Below are positions 19,180 through 32,282 of a stretch of DNA of 64,000 nucleotides, in pieces; the first letter of the stretch is position 1, and the number at the start of each line of letters is the position of its first letter. A program made the position numbers and the translations under genes. Location of the stretch: sequence record MT133560.1; one strand, given 5' to 3'. The notes beneath the pieces are model-generated. The model was given only the letters and a program-made list of their open reading frames with translations, was not told the DNA's origin and searched no databases.

Positions 19180-19547
19180 TATATCAGTGGAAGCGCCGAG
19201 GAGGATATGAATGTTCATCTGTTGGTGACAAAAGATTCTCGGCTCTTTACGCAAGGCTTCCTGATGGTAGAACAATTGAGGAAGCTTGGCAGTTAGATTG
19301 TAAAGGATATCGCAAATACTCCAACCACTGGAAAGCTGGTAAAGGAAAACCACCACTAGACGGATATAATCCTAAATATGATGATTATAAAAATCTGTGG
19401 AAAGTATGGGCTGTATCTAATAAACATCTAATGGATGAATTACGTCAGAATGCAAAAGAACATGATAACTATCTTTCTGATGTTTTTGCTTCTACTGATA
19501 TTTCACAGGCACGTGCTTTAGCAGAACTACTCAATGAAGGATATTAA
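19176..19547 (+). CDS. Hidden 123-codon start-less ORF, NADAR (T4 gp30.3)-like; probable -1 frameshift extension of the polymerase subunit
   Basis: Hand translation VIYQWKRRGGYECSSVGDKRFSALYARLPDGRTIEEAWQLDCKGY...QARALAELLNEGY*; first in-frame ATG only at 19431; C_CCA_AAG at 19170-19176. Confidence 0.75.
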   Translation, partial: VIYQWKRRGGYECSSVGDKRFSALYARLPDGRTIEEAWQLDCKGYRKYSNHWKAGKGKPPLDGYNPKYDDYKNLWKVWAVSNKHLMDELRQNAKEHDNYLSDVFASTDISQARALAELLNEGY

Positions 19548-19613
19548 AAATGGAAGGTATTCCTAATTAAATATTATCAATTGATCATTACTGCTAATAT
19601 AAACTTCGACACA

Positions 19614-19646
19614 TCATAAAACCCTCCCATTACGGGAGGGTTTATT
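19614..19646. terminator. Bidirectional terminator hairpin
   Basis: CATAAA-ACCCTCCC-ATTAC-GGGAGGGT-TTATT between convergent genes. Confidence 0.8.
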
Positions 19647-19649
19647 TCG

Positions 19650-21164
19650 TTAACTAATTTGGTATTTTAAATTCTGATTACCGTTTAGAACATAAATCTT
19701 ACCATCGTTATTAAACGTATTGGCAAAACCTGCATCCACTAAACCAGTTTCTAAATTACCTAAATTTATCCATCGTGCTAATCGTGGTTCATAATACTTA
19801 ATTGGTGCATTATTTTGATTTTCACCAGCGATTACATAAAGTTCACCAGATGGGCGTATATTAATAGCTGCACCAAGAGGTATACCTGTAGTTATTGGTT
19901 TAGACCAATTATTGTTGGTTTGATTGTACGATATGATTCCAGTATTAACACCGGCACCAACCATACCACCAATAACACATACGCTATTATTATAAACACT
20001 CACTGAATAATCTTGGGTATATACCCCAGTATCATTAAATGCTGCACCACTGGTATATGTATCTGTAGTTGGATTGTACATTAATGTAAATCCACGATTA
20101 TTTGTTGCAGTTGTATCAGCTGCACCTAATATGTAGATTAACCCATTAAGACTAGTTCCACGTGCATACCGACAAGCTATCGTACCTGGTGATTTTATTT
20201 CCCATGTATTAGTTGCAGGATCATAACACTGCATACCTTTAGTGAGTACACCATCTGTGGCACTTTCACCACCATAGAAATATACTTTACCATTAAATGC
20301 AACAGCCGAGCATTGTTTAACTGCTATAGGTGTACCAGTTGGTTGTAATGTTGTTAACTTACCCGTGGCTAAATTCAATGTACGTAGAGCAGTATTAGCA
20401 TTATTCTTACCACCGTAATAATAGACTAAGTTACCTATTTGGGCACCTGCTGCCATTTCGTTATCAGTTTCAAAATCAGTAAGTTTAATAACATTATCTT
20501 TAACGAATGGATATGTACCACTAGCATAAACCACTGGACGCCAACCTTGGGTTGCAGCACCCGTTTCACTACTTGACGAGCTAGTTATATCAATCGCATA
20601 GTAGCCACGATAGAGCTGGTCATTAACTGGATCACTACCTGGGTCTCTTCCCCAGTTAGTAGTACCATCAGTGCTAATACCACCAGCGACCGCTTGGTTA
20701 ATACCTAAGTCATTATCTGTAAATTTATAAGGCCAGTTAGCACCATTTAAATTAGATACGTGAACATTATAAAGTAACCTTTGCCATTCTGATGTGGCAC
20801 CAGCCATTGTTAATAAACCAAATTTATAAATGTTCCCCATAAATCTAACTTCATAGTCACCATTACGGAGTCCGGCATTATTAAGCCGTGATTTTTGTAT
20901 TGATTTACGAGCTGGTTTCTTTGGTATGTAACAAGTAACATTTTTATTAGAGAACTTTAACCATGGTTGTCCATCATTGATTACTGTTCCAAATGTCATA
21001 TTAACTAATTTAGCTGCATCATCATAACCAAATAATTCTGAAGATGTTGTTTCACCATACAAACCTAATTCCCTTGTCCCAGCTATCAGTGTTTTAGGAC
21101 CTGGATAAGGATCGGAATATATAGGCGTATTTGTTAGTCCAGAAGACAACAATAACTCAAACAT
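19650..21164 (-). CDS. Virion (tail-fibre-like) protein with C-terminal Kelch beta-propeller (gp83-like)
   Basis: Repeats VYYYGG, VYFYGG..YDPATNTW, IYILG..YNPTTDTY, VCVIGG, LYVIAG; N-terminal PGPKTL..G..WLKF module typical of phiKZ virion paralogs. Confidence 0.75.
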   Translation of the reverse strand: MFELLLSSGLTNTPIYSDPYPGPKTLIAGTRELGLYGETTSSELFGYDDAAKLVNMTFGTVINDGQPWLKFSNKNVTCYIPKKPARKSIQKSRLNNAGLRNGDYEVRFMGNIYKFGLLTMAGATSEWQRLLYNVHVSNLNGANWPYKFTDNDLGINQAVAGGISTDGTTNWGRDPGSDPVNDQLYRGYYAIDITSSSSSETGAATQGWRPVVYASGTYPFVKDNVIKLTDFETDNEMAAGAQIGNLVYYYGGKNNANTALRTLNLATGKLTTLQPTGTPIAVKQCSAVAFNGKVYFYGGESATDGVLTKGMQCYDPATNTWEIKSPGTIACRYARGTSLNGLIYILGAADTTATNNRGFTLMYNPTTDTYTSGAAFNDTGVYTQDYSVSVYNNSVCVIGGMVGAGVNTGIISYNQTNNNWSKPITTGIPLGAAINIRPSGELYVIAGENQNNAPIKYYEPRLARWINLGNLETGLVDAGFANTFNNDGKIYVLNGNQNLKYQIS

Positions 21165-21265
21165 TTTGTGTGCGCCTCTTTTATAATACGTAGTGCATAA
21201 GATTGAATTCTATACAACGCAGCCTTATCTTTATGATTATAAATTAATACTGGTAGAGATATAAA

Positions 21266-22507
21266 ATGCTACATACGATAGAAATCTCTAATGAAGTGTT
21301 AGATGTGAATGTTAAGCGTGACTTAGGTCCATTGATCGAAGAACATCTAACCAAGATTCGTGATAAATTAGATAATCAACAGAGAATAGATATTAATGAT
21401 TTTAGGTCACTGAGTGATGATGTTTCTAAGATCCTCAATATGAATATAGAGTTTACACACCTGGATGATCAGGGTATAATGGGTGGTGCATACACATCCT
21501 TTACAGTTGGACATACTGGTAGTAAATTTGACAATATTAATCGAGTTACTTTAGCAACTGAGCAAGGTGTCAATACATTCATTAATATTGATTTAACAAA
21601 TTTAAAAGTTACGGGTGAGGCTGTTTCAACTTTTAAATACAAGGTCGGTTTATCTATTGGTTTATTATCGGCTATTAACCGTGTTAGTATAGCAGAAGCT
21701 ACTGCCATTACATTACATGAAATTGGGCATTGTTGGGAAACACTGGCTACAATGGGTGACTACGTCTATCTTAACTATGCACTTACTGAAGGTATACTTA
21801 TCTTACAGGGTAGGAAAGCTAATAAGTATAAGATTCAATTATTGGATGAAACATGGTTAAAGAAAAACGTTGATCCAGCCGATTATGAGAAGTTTGCTAA
21901 TGATAGGACTGAAGGAAATATTCGTAAAGTCATTCTATCATCATTTAAGAAAGCGCAACGTCCGCATTTAACTGGTGATGTTCAATCACGTAAACGCGAT
22001 GAACAATTAGCTGATTTATTCGCCACTCGATTAGGTTATGGAAGGCCACTGGCAACGGCATTAACTAAATCAGGTCGGTATTATAATGACCGTGAATATA
22101 AATCTGTTTCTAGCCATATTACTGCTGAGGTATTCAAAGGTCTATTTATGATCATTGGTTTACCTGTTACGCTAGGTATCATTGCCGGTAATTTAAAAGT
22201 TGGATATGATCCAATTAGTTCACGTTATGACAAACAACGACAACGTTTAATGAAAATTAAACAAGATCTAGTAGCACAACTTAAATGGGTAAAGGACTCA
22301 TCACTAAAACCAGGAATTGATGATGACATTAAAGTAATTGATTCATTGATAAATGATTTAGCTAATGAGTGGACCATTTTTGATAAAATTTTAGATTTCC
22401 TTAGTCCCCAGCGTCGTAAAGATAAACGGGCTACTGAATTAGAAGATACTTTAGAAAGTCTATTAAATAATGACTTATTTGTAAGAGCCTACCGCTTAAC
22501 TAAATAG
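21266..22507 (+). CDS. Virion protein with zincin metallopeptidase motif (gp84-like)
   Basis: ITLHEIGHCW (HExxH) and EQLADLFATRLGYG third-ligand region. Confidence 0.7.
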   Translation: MLHTIEISNEVLDVNVKRDLGPLIEEHLTKIRDKLDNQQRIDINDFRSLSDDVSKILNMNIEFTHLDDQGIMGGAYTSFTVGHTGSKFDNINRVTLATEQGVNTFINIDLTNLKVTGEAVSTFKYKVGLSIGLLSAINRVSIAEATAITLHEIGHCWETLATMGDYVYLNYALTEGILILQGRKANKYKIQLLDETWLKKNVDPADYEKFANDRTEGNIRKVILSSFKKAQRPHLTGDVQSRKRDEQLADLFATRLGYGRPLATALTKSGRYYNDREYKSVSSHITAEVFKGLFMIIGLPVTLGIIAGNLKVGYDPISSRYDKQRQRLMKIKQDLVAQLKWVKDSSLKPGIDDDIKVIDSLINDLANEWTIFDKILDFLSPQRRKDKRATELEDTLESLLNNDLFVRAYRLTK

Positions 22508-22518
22508 AGAGAAAAATC

Positions 22519-22968
22519 ATGCAACAATTAGGTTTTGAACTTTCCCGTATTCTAAAGCAACTGCCTAACTTAGGTGGTTCTGATCGTAAAACCCGCGCAA
22601 TGCTCCTAGCTAATGCGGTGGCATTACAGATTCCATTTGAGATTTTACTTGATTTCAATGAACAACAGGATAAAGCTGTTGCTAAATTTAAGAAAATCTT
22701 AAGTAAAGTTAATGAGAATATTGCAGTTGATACTAAACTAGCCGTAACATATTTTAACAATATTCTTCGCATTCGCCAAAGTCTTATCAACGGTATTACT
22801 GATCCATGTCTTGTCAAAGCTGTACTGACATCTGATACCGCTAATGATTATCTAACTGTCGATGATATCAATATTGTCTCTGCCGTTGTTAATGGCCCAG
22901 ATTATAACCGTATCCAAGCAGACATGGGTAATGCATTAAATCAATTAATCGGTAGTATTGATGAGTGA
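22519..22968 (+). CDS. Head/minor capsid protein (gp85-like)
   Basis: 149-aa ORF in the structural operon; synteny. Confidence 0.65.
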   Translation: MQQLGFELSRILKQLPNLGGSDRKTRAMLLANAVALQIPFEILLDFNEQQDKAVAKFKKILSKVNENIAVDTKLAVTYFNNILRIRQSLINGITDPCLVKAVLTSDTANDYLTVDDINIVSAVVNGPDYNRIQADMGNALNQLIGSIDE

Positions 22969-24247
22969 GGTTAAACCCATGTCTCATGTTAAAGAAGTAG
23001 ATGTCGAAGAGGAAAAACTTTTCTTTGATGAGAACCAACCAGAGATGGTTGAAGGCGAAGAAGAGACTGTTTCAAGTGCCTCGGCTCCTGAAATTTTAGC
23101 TAAGATGTGTGTAGCTGTCGAAGCGATTCATCAGCTATCTGATATTTATGCAATCACTAAACTTGAAGGCGTATCAAAACCAGATGTTGATGGTATTCGA
23201 GCATTAGTTAAGCGCATGAGCACTGAAGGGTTTGAAGCTCCTAAGAAAGCAGTAGCTTCACTTGAGCAATATGCTTCTATGTTTACACCAACCCGTAGTA
23301 CTCTTAATGTGACTATTTCTCAAGAGGCAGTGATGGCTACCATCATTAATACTCTTAAGACTTGGTTTGAGAAACTAATGGAACTATTTGCTAAGCTGAT
23401 GCGTTGGATTAGTGATTTTAAGAAGCGCGATGTTGTTGTAGCAACTCGTTATGGAAAGATTGTCCGGGCAGTTGATCAAGCACGTACTCTCTTTCAAGAG
23501 TTACTAGTTAAAAATCGATTAGGTAATCGAAAGGATGCGCTACTAGAAAAGTTTGATGCAATTGCACAATCAATCATTGATGATCCTAAAATCCTAGCTA
23601 GTCGTGTATATGCTGCTGCATTTGGTAGTGTATACTACCAGAAAGAAATCATTAATATTAATAATGAAGCACGTACTGAACTAGGTACAATGGAAAAGCT
23701 AGTTGGCACTATCATTGAATATGTTAATTACAATGGTGATGATTATCGTGCACTTATGCCTATCGCTAATATCCGTGAGATTGGTAAACTAGCTACCCGG
23801 TGCAATGAACTATCTACAGTGTATCCTGATCATTCAAGCATTCCAGATTTCCCTGATAAGAATTTCTGGAAAAACTCACATCTGTTAAAAGATCGTTTTG
23901 TCGCACCACTTGATGATTTGTTAAAAGCATATCGCAATAGCAGTGATACTCTACGTAAGTTAAAGCAACTATCACGTAATTATAGTCAAGAAACTATTGA
24001 TGCTATTGGTGAGTCTGTTCAATTAATCAACACTTCCCTTGAAGGTATGCGTCGTATTACTGATACGATGTTTGAATATTCTCAAGCACAATATCTAGCA
24101 GCTAGTTGCGTACTTAACTATTATGGTAAGTGTGCATATGAAGTTAGTGAAGATTATAAGATCCATGGCTTCAATGATGCTATTCGCGAATGGCAGCGTC
24201 GATTTGATAAAGTCATCGATGACTTTAAACGTGGTTATGCAATGTAA
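22961..24247 (+). CDS. Internal head protein (gp86-like)
   Basis: Acidic N-terminus with head-protease-type S-x-E sites (STE, SLE, SQE). Confidence 0.7.
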   Translation: MSEVKPMSHVKEVDVEEEKLFFDENQPEMVEGEEETVSSASAPEILAKMCVAVEAIHQLSDIYAITKLEGVSKPDVDGIRALVKRMSTEGFEAPKKAVASLEQYASMFTPTRSTLNVTISQEAVMATIINTLKTWFEKLMELFAKLMRWISDFKKRDVVVATRYGKIVRAVDQARTLFQELLVKNRLGNRKDALLEKFDAIAQSIIDDPKILASRVYAAAFGSVYYQKEIININNEARTELGTMEKLVGTIIEYVNYNGDDYRALMPIANIREIGKLATRCNELSTVYPDHSSIPDFPDKNFWKNSHLLKDRFVAPLDDLLKAYRNSSDTLRKLKQLSRNYSQETIDAIGESVQLINTSLEGMRRITDTMFEYSQAQYLAASCVLNYYGKCAYEVSEDYKIHGFNDAIREWQRRFDKVIDDFKRGYAM

Positions 24248-24254
24248 AATACAA

Positions 24255-24285
24255 CATAATGCCCTCCCCTAGGGGAGGGCTTATG
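24255..24285. terminator. CATA...TATG-flanked bidirectional hairpin
   Basis: CATAAT-GCCCTCCCC..GGGGAGGGC-TTATG between convergent genes. Confidence 0.8.
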
Positions 24286-24288
24286 ACC

Positions 24289-28260
<3,972 letters not shown>

Positions 28261-28296
28261 TTATAACTCTCTGCAAACCCATATAGGAAGAGAAAA

Positions 28297-29460
28297 ATGC
28301 CATTACCTGTAATCGCCGGAGCAGTAAGTTCTGCTCTGATGACTGTTGCTGCTGATCAAGGTGTACGTGGTCTAATGCAGACTGTCCTACAAGCCACTAA
28401 AAATGGTGTAGAGATTTCTTCTCTAACCGATCTAGCACGTCCAACTCGTGTTGAACCATTGGTCATCGTAGACCAAACCTTAGTTGATCAACCTTACATG
28501 AAAGACGTTATGAAATTTGTTTCATCGTCTTTTACTGGTTATTATCTACAAGCTGTTAATATGCTTCTAGGTGTGGATAAGATTGATACTTTAAAAGTAT
28601 TCGATACTATTAATCCTAACCGTACAGGTGTAACTCGCACTAGTGTATTCTCTGCCGAAGAGTATTCTGATGGTCTTCCTTCATTAGAGCCTTTTGAGAA
28701 GCCTGTGCATTTACCAAATATCGTCGCTGAACACTCACATGAGCGTTGGGTAGCTTCAATGGAAGCGAATGACGAAAGTACAAGTGCACAAAGTATTTCT
28801 AGTGGTGATACACAAAAGATTTATGAAGTTGAAAACCTTGCCGTTGGTAAGCTGGTTAACGTTGATGTTAAATCAGGAAAGCAGAAAGCTAAAATTCCTG
28901 TTATGATCCGTTTAATTCCAGCCGCTGTTAGTCCTCAGATTATTGCGCACATCTTTAGTGCTGGTGGACGAGATACTTGGCTACATCGCCTATTTCTAGT
29001 AAAAACTGGTCAAATTAAATTCTGGCGTGACTTCGTTCTAGGTCAAGATATGATCGATGAACATTATCGCATTCTAATGAATGATAAGTCAGGTGTTTAT
29101 AAACAAATCACCGATCGTCGCCGTAACAACTGGAAACAATCTGTTCGCAGTGGTACGGTTTCATTAGCAGATGCATCAAATATCGCGATTGTATCAACTT
29201 CAACTCTTAAAGCTGCTTCTAATTCTCTTTATGGTCGTATTGATGATTTCGCCACTCGGCAAAAGATCTTTGACAATAGCTATCTAATGATGCTTGTTGT
29301 TATCGATGACCGTTATGAGCGAGTAACTATTTATCATCGTGGGGTTGATCTATCTACATCCCACCGACTTGATGAAATTAAAATGGCTGAAAAGAATAAA
29401 GGTCCGGATATCACTGAGATCTTTAAAATGATGAATAAAACCATGTCTACCAATATTTAA
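28297..29460 (+). CDS. Internal head protein (gp89-like)
   Basis: 387 aa; SME cleavage-type site; synteny. Confidence 0.7.
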   Translation: MPLPVIAGAVSSALMTVAADQGVRGLMQTVLQATKNGVEISSLTDLARPTRVEPLVIVDQTLVDQPYMKDVMKFVSSSFTGYYLQAVNMLLGVDKIDTLKVFDTINPNRTGVTRTSVFSAEEYSDGLPSLEPFEKPVHLPNIVAEHSHERWVASMEANDESTSAQSISSGDTQKIYEVENLAVGKLVNVDVKSGKQKAKIPVMIRLIPAAVSPQIIAHIFSAGGRDTWLHRLFLVKTGQIKFWRDFVLGQDMIDEHYRILMNDKSGVYKQITDRRRNNWKQSVRSGTVSLADASNIAIVSTSTLKAASNSLYGRIDDFATRQKIFDNSYLMMLVVIDDRYERVTIYHRGVDLSTSHRLDEIKMAEKNKGPDITEIFKMMNKTMSTNI

Positions 29461-29470
29461 GGACTGAGTG

Positions 29471-30400
29471 ATGAGAATTATTGATTATGTACGTGAACTC
29501 GCACCAGTTACTGAACGTCGTGAACTATTAAATCAAATCCGTTCATTACGTGAAGAATATGATGCAACTCTCGCACCAATTATTGACGATGTAGGTGAAG
29601 TATTTGGTAATATGCAACTTAAATCAGATTTAGGTATGCGGTTATCTACTGAACTACGGCGAGCGATTAGTTTTAATACTGAACCGATTAAACTAGTACT
29701 GGATACTCTTTCAAATATTCGTGGTAGCTTTGATATGATCGAAAGCGAAATCCGGCGTTTATTTGCTATTCAGTTTACTAACTCTAATCTAACCTTTGAC
29801 CGTGCAAATATGCTACGTTTTGTTGATGGTCTTAGTTTCTATATTCGTTATGGCCGTAAACTACTACTAAATCTAATTGCACAAGAAGCAATGAAATTAG
29901 GTAAGGCTACAGAATTAAAATCATCTCGTGCTGAGAAAGAATGGCTATACACCAATATGGCACAATTCATTACTCTGTATCCAGCAATGAGTCTTAAGAC
30001 TAATGAACTGAAACAACGCTTAAGCCGTGCATCTAGTGCTGAAGTCAATGAAGGTACTTATGATGTAGCTGTGAGTGCTCTCTCTATAGCTCAACGTGAT
30101 CCACTTAACATGGATGGCTTCTCACCTCGTCAGAACCCGTTCGTGTTATTTGGCAAGTTCTTAGCTGAGTATCAGGTTGAACGTTTTAAAGAAGCTGAGC
30201 AAGAATTCCTTGCACTTCAACTACGTTTACAAGAAATGCGGGAAATGCAAAGTAATGGTAAAGTGGATGCACGCCTACAGAAGCTTATTAAAGAGTATGA
30301 AATTCGTATTTCTGATTATAACTATCGCCTAGGTATGATCCAAGATCGCGCATCTGAGTTCTTTGCTAACCATCGTGATCTACTATCTCTTGGTCACTAA
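29471..30400 (+). CDS. Internal head protein (gp90-like)
   Basis: Helical ORF of about 310 aa; synteny. Confidence 0.7.
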   Translation: MRIIDYVRELAPVTERRELLNQIRSLREEYDATLAPIIDDVGEVFGNMQLKSDLGMRLSTELRRAISFNTEPIKLVLDTLSNIRGSFDMIESEIRRLFAIQFTNSNLTFDRANMLRFVDGLSFYIRYGRKLLLNLIAQEAMKLGKATELKSSRAEKEWLYTNMAQFITLYPAMSLKTNELKQRLSRASSAEVNEGTYDVAVSALSIAQRDPLNMDGFSPRQNPFVLFGKFLAEYQVERFKEAEQEFLALQLRLQEMREMQSNGKVDARLQKLIKEYEIRISDYNYRLGMIQDRASEFFANHRDLLSLGH

Positions 30401-30414
30401 TGGAGGGCATTGAT

Positions 30415-30945
30415 ATGCCAGCAACTAATGCTGTACGCCCATTTGGTCGTAATTACTCAGGTGGTCAACAACAGGCCATTTCACGGTTCACTGCTCGTCC
30501 CGGTGATCCTCAAGTTGAAGAACTATATCTTATCTTTACCAACTTTCCTGCACAAACTGCATATTGGGAATTCCATAAGAAAGTTCTAGCTTGTGCTATT
30601 CGTCTTTTTAGCGGAAACTATAATTGGTTTATTCTACAGGACAATAATAGTAATATTGATAGTTATAATTATCAATTCCTATTAGATACTGTTCGATACA
30701 TTGCTACGGGTCATCGACGTATTTCAATTACCCAATGGCCAATGTTACTAGCTACTGAACCAGATGCTGGTGCACAACTCATTGAACCGCGCGCTGAAAT
30801 TGCTACTCTCTTTAATGAGTTAAAATTAGATCTAGATACCGTTTCAATGATCCAGAATTGGGTTAAACACAAAAACGGTATGAATGATCTAATGTATACC
30901 CTACATCTACTATTTGGATCTGTAGAAGTAATAGATAAGGACTGA
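30415..30945 (+). CDS. Head protein (gp91-like)
   Basis: GGAGG SD favours ATG 30415 over 30400. Confidence 0.65.
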   Translation: MPATNAVRPFGRNYSGGQQQAISRFTARPGDPQVEELYLIFTNFPAQTAYWEFHKKVLACAIRLFSGNYNWFILQDNNSNIDSYNYQFLLDTVRYIATGHRRISITQWPMLLATEPDAGAQLIEPRAEIATLFNELKLDLDTVSMIQNWVKHKNGMNDLMYTLHLLFGSVEVIDKD

Positions 30946-30954
30946 GGACTATCT

Positions 30955-32277
30955 ATGACTAATAATTCACTTAGTCATTCGGTCTTACTTGAATCAATCG
31001 ACGGGGACAGCCCCGTCGATATGATCGCTACATGCGATGGATATCTAAAAGAATTATTGCCATCAATTGAAGATATTCAAAGTAGATTAGAATGCACTGA
31101 AAAAGACATTTTAGTTAAAACCTATACCGATGGCTTATTTCAAAAATATGCAGATAACCAAGATGTTGTTAGTGAACACATTCTAAAAACTGAGAATGTG
31201 TCATTAGAAGACCTATCTAAGACAGCACGAAATACCTGGGATGAAATGAAAAAATCCCAAGCAAAGCATCGAGATGAGTTAAAAGAGTATGCACGTGTTA
31301 TTACACAAGGTAATCAACGTACTCTTGAACGAATAAACATGCTTTTAGAAAGAGCTGAAAATATTAAGCATGAGCCATTTAAGCAAGAATTAAAATTTAA
31401 AAATACTAAACGATTTAGTATTGATGGTAAATTCGAACCGACTACAGTTGATCCGATACTCATGCAAGTTAACAACTTGATAGCTTTCTATGATAAATCC
31501 CTACTCTTGTATATCCAATCTGTAGCGGATATCCTTAGGAAATTATCATTTGATGAAAAATGGACTGATAGAGCTGCACAAGACTTTAGTAAGTTTAATG
31601 TTAAGAACTGGATGAAGGGTGCAGTACCTATTAAGAAAGATGATAGATTTAGAGTAAGTTCTACAGTTTATCGTAGTATGCCAGTTCAAGGTAATAAGAC
31701 TTTATTTGGCGCAGGGCCAACTGAAACACAGACTGAAGAGATCAGGGATTGGGATTTTTTAGTAAATACTGTCCGTGATTTTGCCTTTAAGTTTTATACT
31801 ATTCCTACTATGAAGGATGCACCTGAAGGTAACAATACCTTTAAGGTTAATGATACGAGTTCAATTGGAAGACGGTTAGTATTATTAAGCGAAATGGCTA
31901 AACGTATAGATGCTAGAAAAGATTATGCAACTAAACTAGATTTTGAATTTGGTAGGTTAATGCAGTTAGCCGAGACTAATCGTCAACAAGCTGGTAGGAT
32001 TCGGGCACAACAATCTAATATGCGAAATCGTCAAGCAAAAGTTCAAGATCCTGATGCACCTGATGGCATCCCTGCTATCTCAAATATCATTAATTCAATT
32101 ACATTAATGATCAATAATGTAAGTCGCGTTGTAACAGATTTTAGTAATGCTCTTGCTGGTTTAGTCAGAGTAATGGGTCGACTAGTATTCGTGACCGAGT
32201 TAGAATTAAAAGCTTACCAGCGTCCAATTCAAAGACCTACGCAAGAACAAGTAAATAATCCCTCCCAGGTAAGGTAA
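30955..32277 (+). CDS. Internal head protein (gp92-like)
   Basis: 440 aa; LLE/SLE sites near the N-terminus. Confidence 0.7.
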   Translation: MTNNSLSHSVLLESIDGDSPVDMIATCDGYLKELLPSIEDIQSRLECTEKDILVKTYTDGLFQKYADNQDVVSEHILKTENVSLEDLSKTARNTWDEMKKSQAKHRDELKEYARVITQGNQRTLERINMLLERAENIKHEPFKQELKFKNTKRFSIDGKFEPTTVDPILMQVNNLIAFYDKSLLLYIQSVADILRKLSFDEKWTDRAAQDFSKFNVKNWMKGAVPIKKDDRFRVSSTVYRSMPVQGNKTLFGAGPTETQTEEIRDWDFLVNTVRDFAFKFYTIPTMKDAPEGNNTFKVNDTSSIGRRLVLLSEMAKRIDARKDYATKLDFEFGRLMQLAETNRQQAGRIRAQQSNMRNRQAKVQDPDAPDGIPAISNIINSITLMINNVSRVVTDFSNALAGLVRVMGRLVFVTELELKAYQRPIQRPTQEQVNNPSQVR

Positions 32278-32282
32278 TTAAC

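Noticed and set aside
19550-19570. Tiny ORF MEGIPN after the NADAR-like frame
   Set aside because: Six codons with no supporting features; likely chance.
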